A stretch of 32,000 nt of DNA from Erysipelotrichaceae bacterium (GTDB lineage Bacteria > Bacillota_I > Bacilli_A > Erysipelotrichales > Erysipelotrichaceae), in assembly GCA_030604855.1 (NCBI GenBank), contig JAUVVC010000001.1, forward strand, positions 1 to 32,000, given 5' to 3'. Of this stretch, positions 1-6,659 are shown in pieces. Every line of letters begins with the position of its first letter. Position 1 is the stretch's first letter. The notes beneath the pieces were generated by a model. It saw only the letters and a list, made by a program, of their open reading frames with translations, had not been told where the DNA came from and searched no databases. Made by a program: the position numbers and the translations under genes.

Positions 1-88
1 CTAAAATTCGAACAACACGTGTAACGTTTCCCTCAAGATCGTACAACTTTAATGCTTCACTAATTTCATACTTTGAATATGATGGCAT
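1..88 (-). CDS. 5' end of a gene running off the window edge; the visible N-terminus MPSYSKYEISEALKLYDLEGNVTRVVRIL resembles the HTH leader of transposase-accessory (OrfA-type) proteins
   Basis: The ATG is the reverse complement of cat at 86-88, with GAAAGGAAAAGT immediately upstream on the minus strand. The frame is open to nt 1. Only 29 codons are visible, so the function is a guess. Confidence 0.3.
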   Translation of the reverse strand, partial: MPSYSKYEISEALKLYDLEGNVTRVVRIL

Positions 89-119
89 ACTTTTCCTTTC
101 TGAGTCCAACTTTATGTCC

Positions 120-151
120 GCATGCCCGAGTATAAAATATTATGTGTAAAC
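120..151. repeat. IS256-family left terminal inverted repeat
   Basis: Hand alignment with the reverse complement of 1462-1493 gives 26/32 identities. Confidence 0.75.
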
Positions 152-244
152 GTCCACCAAACTAAGAGGACGAAGGTCTTTGAATATGGGAAGTTCATCC
201 AGTAAAATGTTAGTGACCAAACCTTCATTAACAGGAGAACTTCC

Positions 245-1429
245 ATGTCCAATTTTACCACAGAATTAATGACTGCACTTTTCAAAGGCGAAGGTGTTGA
301 AGAAATTATGCGCCTTGAGTTAGAGTCTGCGATGAATGAATTACTCAAAGTAGAACTCACCAGTTTCCTCGATTATGAGAAACATGATCCAAGGGGCTAT
401 AACAGTGGTAACTCACGAAATGGATTCTATGTCCGACAATTAAAGACGCGTTTTGGAGAAATCAGTGTCGAGATTCCACGAGATCGAAATGGAGAGTTTA
501 AACAACAGCTCATTCCATCCCATCAACGTTCCACCCAAGATTTAGAAAATATGGTGATTCAAATGTATCGACGTGGAATCACAACCGCTGAAATCGCTGA
601 ACTCATTGAGAAGATGTATGGAGCACATTACACGCCTCAAACCGTCTCTAATATGACGAAAGTGGTTCATGGCCAAGTAGAACGATTCCATAAGCGACCG
701 TTAAATGCACGATATTCTGTCATTTACTGTGATGCGACTGTTTTATCGGTACGAAGAGATAGTGTCGCAAAAGAAGCTCTTCATATCGTATTAGGCATTA
801 CCCCAGAAGGTCAAAAAGAAGTTATAGACTATCGTTTATTCCCTTCAGAATCCTGTGAGAATTACCGAGAAATGTTTAAGGATCTCAAAGAACGTGGTGT
901 ACAAGAAATACTTCTCTGTGTGAGTGATGGATTGAAAGGACTAAAGACAGTTTGTTTAGAAAACTTTCCGATGGCACGTCATCAAGCGTGTTGGGTTCAT
1001 CTTCAACGCAATGTCAATCGATTGGTTCGTGCAAGTGATAAGCGCCGTGTTATGCAAGATGTGAAATTGATCTACCAGGCATCCACACTTCAAGAAGCGA
1101 GACAACAGCTAGAAGTCGTTTTAAAGAAATACATGAAAGTGTATCCTAAAGTGATTCAACTGCTTGAGAATAACGAAGAAAGTCTCTTTAGTTTCTATGA
1201 CTTTCCTCAAGAGATTCATCCAAGCATCTATACGACAAATCTCATCGAAGGATTAAACAAACAACTCAAACGAGATACTAAACGTAAAGAACAGTTTCCG
1301 AATGAAGATTCACTTGATCGATTTGTTTGTATGAAGTTCCTAGATTACAACCAACGTTTCAGCGTAAGAATTCATAAAGGATTCGGAGTCGTAACCGCTG
1401 AACTCAATCAAATGTTTAAATCAGAATAG
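245..1429 (+). CDS. IS256-family (Mutator-type, Transposase_mut) transposase
   Basis: Full-length 394 aa. Family hallmarks are LDYEKHDPRGYNSGNSRNGFY, EIPRDRNGEF, YCDATVLSVRRD, LCVSDGLKGL, HQACWVHLQRN and TTNLIEGLNKQLKR. Confidence 0.95.
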   Translation: MSNFTTELMTALFKGEGVEEIMRLELESAMNELLKVELTSFLDYEKHDPRGYNSGNSRNGFYVRQLKTRFGEISVEIPRDRNGEFKQQLIPSHQRSTQDLENMVIQMYRRGITTAEIAELIEKMYGAHYTPQTVSNMTKVVHGQVERFHKRPLNARYSVIYCDATVLSVRRDSVAKEALHIVLGITPEGQKEVIDYRLFPSESCENYREMFKDLKERGVQEILLCVSDGLKGLKTVCLENFPMARHQACWVHLQRNVNRLVRASDKRRVMQDVKLIYQASTLQEARQQLEVVLKKYMKVYPKVIQLLENNEESLFSFYDFPQEIHPSIYTTNLIEGLNKQLKRDTKRKEQFPNEDSLDRFVCMKFLDYNQRFSVRIHKGFGVVTAELNQMFKSE

Positions 1430-1461
1430 ATTCCACCACTACACTTATTGTATGAACTAGA

Positions 1462-1493
1462 GTTTACACATAAATATTGACACTAGGGCATGC
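1462..1493. repeat. IS256-family right terminal inverted repeat
   Basis: Reverse complement gcatgccctagtgtcaatatttatgtgtaaac aligns with 120-151 (26/32). Confidence 0.75.
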
Positions 1494-1625
1494 AAATACG
1501 CGAAAAATGCTATTTCATATACAGTAAATAAAAGATTTTAAACTCATTGTTTTATACTCAAGATTTGAGCAAGTATTTCAATAGGCGTATAGTAATATAG
1601 AAAGACGGATTTAGTCATTTTTTCT

Positions 1626-2783
1626 TTACTTTAAAATGTAAAAATTAGGATCTAGAATAAACTCGCTATTTGTTTCATCAAGCCACTTATTTGAAATATT
1701 CGTTAACAATGAAAAGAGTGATGTGATCTGATAAATATAATTTGGTGTAACGCTAACAGTTTTGCACAAAAGTTTTCGATCTATTGTAAACTCCGTTATG
1801 TTTATTACCTTACCATCTGTTCGATCTCGCTCATCTTTATTCTCTAAATTCTCAAGTATAATAAATGAATGCTTTGGATTATCACTTGATAATTCCCGAC
1901 CTTTCACCGCAATTAGACTATTGTATTCAGTATCTTCGATGAACACTAGATGATTATTATAGTTTCTTGGAGAAAAATAAAAATAATATGATGTTAACCA
2001 AAATTTTAATTGTATAACACTTTCAATCCAGCTACGCGGATAATATGATGAGGATGATAGTTCTCTAATAATTTCATTAACCTCATTCGTTGTCGATTCG
2101 TACGTATCAAGAAAAAGGAACGCTGGGCAATGTATTTCTTTTAATTCTTGCTCAATTTGTTCACTTGATAGATTAGTGAATGCATTAACATTACTTAATC
2201 CCTCACTCATGTTTGTTCCTTTGAAGAAAATATTCCCTGATTTCTTTAAGATATTAAGCATATTTCCATCAATTCTCATCTTCATGTAATCATGAACAGT
2301 TTCAAATAACTTTCCTTTTAATTGAAGTGCTTTTATATTCAAAGTTATTATGCCTTCTATACGTTTAAGATCATTAATATCATTTGGGTCAAACATTGTT
2401 ATTCGATTATGTTCGAGATCGAATGGTACATCATCAATGCTTCCCATGGATGAATTGCATAAGCAAATTATACGATCCCAACCAATTGCTTTGGCTGCAT
2501 ATCCTGTTTCCAAAAGTACATTAGGATTTGGTGATTTTTTTTTATTCCCAATAACGTTGCTTATATCGGCAATAAACAATGAGCATTTGTCTATTTTTTG
2601 ATAGATGCTCGACATAATATCTGGAGAGCCAGTTAGTCCATGTGTATCTTTGTCTAATCTAATTGTGAGTTCGAAACTGTTGTCTCTCTCAAGTGATTTC
2701 AACGAGTTCTTTATAGATTTCTCAATAAAATTACGATTCTCATTTTGACTATCACTTTGCCATGAAAAGAATACTGTTTTCAT
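1626..2783 (-). CDS. Two-domain protein: N-terminal TIR-like / nucleoside 2-deoxyribosyltransferase-like domain (about aa 1-150) plus an unrecognised C-terminal domain of about 230 aa; candidate single-gene defence effector
   Basis: 385-aa ORF with SD AAGGAGA before the ATG. The N-terminus reads KTVFFSWQSD ... GSPDIMSSIYQKI ... LFIADIS ... NPNVLLETGYAAKAIGWDRIICL, the strand/loop/Glu pattern of TIR-like/NDT-fold enzymes. No TM segments are visible and the C-terminal part has no motif I recognise. Confidence 0.6.
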   Translation of the reverse strand: MKTVFFSWQSDSQNENRNFIEKSIKNSLKSLERDNSFELTIRLDKDTHGLTGSPDIMSSIYQKIDKCSLFIADISNVIGNKKKSPNPNVLLETGYAAKAIGWDRIICLCNSSMGSIDDVPFDLEHNRITMFDPNDINDLKRIEGIITLNIKALQLKGKLFETVHDYMKMRIDGNMLNILKKSGNIFFKGTNMSEGLSNVNAFTNLSSEQIEQELKEIHCPAFLFLDTYESTTNEVNEIIRELSSSSYYPRSWIESVIQLKFWLTSYYFYFSPRNYNNHLVFIEDTEYNSLIAVKGRELSSDNPKHSFIILENLENKDERDRTDGKVINITEFTIDRKLLCKTVSVTPNYIYQITSLFSLLTNISNKWLDETNSEFILDPNFYILK

Positions 2784-3076
2784 ACTTCTCCTTAACTTGA
2801 TTTACATCATACCTTATGAAAGATAATCTCAAGATTTTAATTTCTTCAGTTATTACTATTATACTGTCTTTTCAAAAGTAGTTTCGCTCTAAATTTTCTA
2901 CCAATACTTTTGGTTTTGAGTATGTCCATAATATTTTCTGAAAAAAATCTTTGCTGTGTGTTTAAAAATTCACTAAAAATTTCAATCCAAAAAAGCAACA
3001 TTATGGTGTAACTTATTGCTATTCGTCAATGTGACAATTAGCAGATTCATTTAAATTTGTTTAATGATTTTTAATA

Positions 3077-3283
3077 TTATATATTATATATTAACTCATC
3101 AATTGTGATTCGTTTTGAATTTATATGACACATCTTTACGTATATATTACTATCACGAATAATACTCAATGAAAACGATTCATGTAAATCAAAAACCTGA
3201 ATTAAATTCAAATTACAAAATTTCCAAATTTGTCCACAATTCTTACCTGTATTAAATTCAACTTCTACAATAAATAGATCCAT
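3077..3283 (-). CDS. Hypothetical 68-aa protein
   Basis: ORF preceded by a strong SD (AGAGGTGA, then an 8-nt A-run, then ATG on the minus strand). No recognisable motif. It lies between two nuclease/effector-type genes. Confidence 0.35.
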   Translation of the reverse strand: MDLFIVEVEFNTGKNCGQIWKFCNLNLIQVFDLHESFSLSIIRDSNIYVKMCHINSKRITIDELIYNI

Positions 3284-3409
3284 TTTTTTTCACCTCTATT
3301 ACTTTATACGTAAATGTTTTGAATTCTCCTTTTCAAATTTAACATTTAAATAGAAAAGTAGAACTTGAATAGAATCTCAGCCATAGTTACAAAGATGATA
3401 ATTGTCTTT

Positions 3410-4213
3410 TTAACTCTCAGTTCCTTTATTAATATAATCGATTAATTCTTTTTGCAGATCAAATTTGTGCTCAATATCAAGGTAAGTTTCAATTTGTATT
3501 ATTAACTCAGCAAGTCTATCATTAGCATGTGCGCTATTCATTCCTTTCATAAAGCGGTGTAATTGACTTCTATTAATGTTACATAAATCTTTTGCATATA
3601 GATAAACAGGTATTCTTTTATCGATCATTTCCTGAAGCTTTTTTCGATATAAATTCTTAACTTTTACATCATATCGAGTTGAACTTAGAATATTTAGTCT
3701 CAAATCATATTTAGTTGGTAAATAGTTTTCTATATTTTTATTAAGCTGTATTTTATTCGAATTTATATAAAACTTTTGAAAGTTGTCAGGCAAAATATTC
3801 AACCAAAAACTCTCTTCTTCAAAGTCAACGTTAATATAGAATTTCGTATTATATCCTTCGTTGATACTATTGTAAAAAGCTATCATCAAAGCTTCAACAT
3901 GATACGCTAATGATTGTGTATTATTCTTAGAAAAATTTGGATCACTAAAACTTCCCAATATAGAATTTTTAAAATCGCTCGGACGTAAAAGATAATCATT
4001 ATAAAGTGTACGATTACCTTTACCACTATAATGACTTGCTATTCGAGAAAGGGGATCATTACTAATACCAACATATTTTCTTTGTGTAACAATGTCTTCT
4101 ATTACATAAACGGAAATTTCTTTTCTTGCCTTTATATTTGCTTTGTTCTCATTTTTATCTTTTGTAATCGATTTAGCAATATCTCCGAACTGCAATGATA
4201 ATTGTTTTACCAT
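3410..4213 (-). CDS. GIY-YIG nuclease-domain protein with a C-terminal HTH-like module (homing-endonuclease-like architecture)
   Basis: The catalytic set is complete: VYVIED..RKYVGIS (GIY...YIG), the Arg in LSRIASH, the Glu in HVEALMIAFY, and the Asn in EGYN. The C-terminal segment VYLYAKDLCNINRSQLHRFMKG looks like an XRE-type HTH. SD is GGAGA. Confidence 0.75.
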   Translation of the reverse strand: MVKQLSLQFGDIAKSITKDKNENKANIKARKEISVYVIEDIVTQRKYVGISNDPLSRIASHYSGKGNRTLYNDYLLRPSDFKNSILGSFSDPNFSKNNTQSLAYHVEALMIAFYNSINEGYNTKFYINVDFEEESFWLNILPDNFQKFYINSNKIQLNKNIENYLPTKYDLRLNILSSTRYDVKVKNLYRKKLQEMIDKRIPVYLYAKDLCNINRSQLHRFMKGMNSAHANDRLAELIIQIETYLDIEHKFDLQKELIDYINKGTES

Positions 4214-4245
4214 AGTATCTCCAATAATAGTTTCTTTATATAAAC

Positions 4246-4274
4246 ATTATATTTATATAAGTAAACAATGTCAA
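4246..4274 (-). promoter_or_regulatory. Consensus sigma-A-type promoter for the GIY-YIG gene
   Basis: The minus strand reads TTGACA (plus 4269-4274), an exact 17-nt spacer, then TATAAT (plus 4246-4251). This sits about 33 nt upstream of the ATG at 4213. Confidence 0.65.
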
Positions 4275-4353
4275 ATAAATTATTTATCTTTGTGAATATT
4301 ATGTTTTTAAAAAGAAATAAATGTCTTATAATAATTATCAATAGGTGACAACA

Positions 4354-4569
4354 ATGGGAATGAAATATTATAAATTATTTGATCTCTTAAATCGAAGAAA
4401 TATAACAAAAACAAAAATGCGCATTGATCTTGGTATGAGTACGAAAACGCTAGCAAAGATTTCGGCTCATGAATCTTTATCAATGGAGATAATTGAAAAA
4501 ATATGTGCATATTTAGATGTTCAGCCTGGTGATATTATGGAATTTCAAAATGAGCATGTGGATATATAG
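4354..4569 (+). CDS. Small XRE-family (HTH_26 / YozG-like) transcriptional regulator
   Basis: The ATG at 4354 sits 5 nt after SD AGGTGA (the track's GTG at 4345 is less likely). Sequence NITKTKMRIDLGMSTKTLAKISAHESLSMEIIEKICAYLDVQPGDIMEF matches the short Cro/C1-type HTH with the ICxYLxxxxxDI tail. Confidence 0.8.
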   Translation: MGMKYYKLFDLLNRRNITKTKMRIDLGMSTKTLAKISAHESLSMEIIEKICAYLDVQPGDIMEFQNEHVDI

Positions 4570-4648
4570 GGGCTAAATCTATAATAAACAATACTTAATG
4601 ATAGTTTAATAATTATATGGGTAAGTTTTATTCATGACAGGGGGAAAA

Positions 4649-6652
4649 ATGTATATTTCGAAAGTAAAGATTAGAAATTTTAGAGTATTTAATAATAATG
4701 GGACAACTGCTGATTTCAAAAGAGGTGTTAATGCAATTATTGGTGAAAATAATTGTGGAAAATCTGCAATGATTGATGCAATAAGAATCGCATTTAGTAC
4801 TTCAATGTATCGTAAAGATATTTACTTTAATAATTCTGATTTTCATGTTGATATTAAAGGTGTTCGTAGCAATGAGGCGACTTTTGATATTTATTTTAAT
4901 GAAGTTCCACCTGATTTATTCGAGATTTGGAACCCTGAGGATAATAATAAAGGTGAATTTCATGTACAATATTTTACTGTAAAAACAGATGGTTCAGAGC
5001 GCATTAGATTTAGAATATGGGGTGGCCCAGATCAAGGAAATATTTTAACTTCTGAAACATTAGAAGCTATAAATTTAACATATTTAGGTGCGCTTAGAGA
5101 TGCAGATTTTGAATTAAAACCATCGAAGAATGGGAAACTAGCGAAGTTGTTTAGCTCTTTAGTAAAGACTGATGAATCAAAAAGAGCTGTTGTCGATATT
5201 TTTAAACAAGTTAACTCAAAAATCGAATCACAGGAGTCTTTTAAAAAAGTTGTGCAAACAATTAATGCTAATTTATCAGTATTAGAGCAAGATATATTAA
5301 AGCAACATATAGGTGTTGGATTAATTGAACCAAAATTTGAGTCAATAGCTGGATCATTAAGAGCGTGGTTAAACCCTAGATGGATTTTTTTACAGAAAGA
5401 TAATACGTTCATTCAAAGATTAGAGGAAATCTTCACTATCGAAGAATGGCAGTCGAATATCAAAACTGAAGTTGATGGAATATATTTTGATATTTGGTCT
5501 CTTGAGAATAAGGAAATTGATGATGATTTAAATATTGGGATTTCAAATCTATTTACGAACAAATTTGAAATTGTTCAAAATGGACTTGGGTATAATAATT
5601 TACTTTTCATGGCGACTGTTTTAGGAGACATAGAGACAGAGATATCAGATAATTTATTTAGTTTATTGCTTGTAGAAGAACCTGAGGCACATTTGCATCC
5701 TCAATTACAAGAATTAGTTCATAGTTTTTTTGAAAGTAACTCAAGTAATGTAAATGTTCAAGTGATTTATACAACACACTCTCCTACGCTTGTTTCAAGA
5801 ATTGGTATAGATAAATTAGTATTGTTATATGAAAATAATCAAGATATTGATTGTCTAACATTATCAAATAGTAAGCTTGATAGTAAAGATAAATTCTATT
5901 TAGAGAGATTTCTTGATGTAACAAAATCTCAAATGCTTTTTGCTAAAGGAATAATATTCGTTGAAGGAGTTTGTGAAGCGCTTGTAATTCCATGTTTGGC
6001 GGATTTATTGAATAAACCTTTATACAAATATGCAGTTACAGTTGTTAATGTAGATGGAGTTTCTTTCGAACCATTTGCGAACTTATTGTGTCATATTGAT
6101 AATCCAAAGAAAAAAACTATTAATTCAGTTATAATCACAGATGATGATAGATGTACTGATAAAAATGATGAATTAAACTATATCTCTAAAGATTATGATT
6201 TTGATTGTCCACCTGAAATATATGATTCAATTGCAACAAAATTAGATAGTGGTAAACCTTCAGAACGTTTTAATAAAATAAAAGAACTTTGTTTAGACGC
6301 TCACATAAAAATACAAAGTGCTCCTAAAACTTTCGAGTATGCACTTTCATTTTCACTTATAAATATTCAATATTTATTAAGTGCCATAATTGATACATAT
6401 CCAAGAGTTGGTTATGATCTTTTCGATAAAGTTGAGTCTCTTAATAATATTAGTAAAAAATCTATATGTATTTGGTTATTTATGCGTTCAAGATCAAAAG
6501 CTAAAGCAGAAATAGCTCAAGCACTTTCTAGAAGAATTATTGAGAAGAAAATATATAAAAAGAAAGATACTGTGTTTTATGAAGAGGAAATTAGCGATAT
6601 ATTCCAAGTTCCTGAGTATATAAAAAACGCTATCATAGCAGTTACAAATTAA
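4649..6652 (+). CDS. gajA: OLD-family ATP-dependent nuclease (ABC-type ATPase plus C-terminal Toprim), GajA-like
   Basis: Start taken at MYISKVKIRNFRVF after SD GGGGGAAAA. Motifs: Walker A GENNCGKS, Walker B/H-loop LLLVEEPEAHLHPQLQ, YTTHSPTLV, and Toprim IIFVEGVCEALVIP, VVNVDGVSFEPF, VIITDDDRC. Confidence 0.85.
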   Translation: MYISKVKIRNFRVFNNNGTTADFKRGVNAIIGENNCGKSAMIDAIRIAFSTSMYRKDIYFNNSDFHVDIKGVRSNEATFDIYFNEVPPDLFEIWNPEDNNKGEFHVQYFTVKTDGSERIRFRIWGGPDQGNILTSETLEAINLTYLGALRDADFELKPSKNGKLAKLFSSLVKTDESKRAVVDIFKQVNSKIESQESFKKVVQTINANLSVLEQDILKQHIGVGLIEPKFESIAGSLRAWLNPRWIFLQKDNTFIQRLEEIFTIEEWQSNIKTEVDGIYFDIWSLENKEIDDDLNIGISNLFTNKFEIVQNGLGYNNLLFMATVLGDIETEISDNLFSLLLVEEPEAHLHPQLQELVHSFFESNSSNVNVQVIYTTHSPTLVSRIGIDKLVLLYENNQDIDCLTLSNSKLDSKDKFYLERFLDVTKSQMLFAKGIIFVEGVCEALVIPCLADLLNKPLYKYAVTVVNVDGVSFEPFANLLCHIDNPKKKTINSVIITDDDRCTDKNDELNYISKDYDFDCPPEIYDSIATKLDSGKPSERFNKIKELCLDAHIKIQSAPKTFEYALSFSLINIQYLLSAIIDTYPRVGYDLFDKVESLNNISKKSICIWLFMRSRSKAKAEIAQALSRRIIEKKIYKKKDTVFYEEEISDIFQVPEYIKNAIIAVTN

Positions 6653-6659
6653 TAAAAAT

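Larger units (their letters stand above)
120..1493 (+). mobile_element. Complete IS256-family insertion sequence (about 1.37 kb, single transposase gene, imperfect terminal inverted repeats)
   Basis: Left end 120-151 (gcatgcccgagtataaaatattatgtgtaaac) matches the reverse complement of right end 1462-1493 at 26 of 32 positions, including 8/8 at the tips and 12/12 at the inner tgtgtaaac block. The element encloses the 394-aa Mutator/IS256-type transposase. Confidence 0.9.

Noticed and set aside
112-360. 82-aa minus-strand ORF from the track
   Set aside because: It runs antisense across the IS left inverted repeat and the start of the transposase gene, has no SD, and has low-complexity content. 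It is a shadow ORF.
1533-1557. Candidate island direct repeat: agattttaaac..gttttat (1533-1557) versus agattttaac..gttttat (9301-9317)
   Set aside because: Only 9 contiguous identical bases plus a gapped 7-mer, all AT-rich. Matches of this size are expected by chance in DNA of about 30% G+C. Not usable as att sites without comparative evidence.
1626-2783. Thoeris system (TIR protein ThsB plus ThsA)
   Set aside because: No SIR2, Macro or SLOG-containing ThsA-like gene lies on either side. The neighbours are an IS element and a 68-aa ORF, so the TIR-like gene is treated as solitary.
4275-4337. Several palindromes in the divergent GIY-YIG/HTH intergenic region (ataaattatttat 4275-4287, tttttaaaaa 4304-4313, ataattat 4330-4337)
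   Set aside because: They are made of A/T only in a nearly pure AT stretch and have no repeated shared half-site, unlike the twin operators at 15119-15178. They are indistinguishable from chance.
4649-6652. Alternative classification of the ATPase as PARIS AriA, a class-1 OLD, or a retron- or Septu-type ATPase
   Set aside because: The Toprim domain is fused in the same polypeptide (in PARIS it sits in a separate AriB). The immediate neighbour is a UvrD-like helicase. No reverse transcriptase, HNH partner or separate Toprim gene is present. The Gabija-like (class-2 OLD) call fits best.
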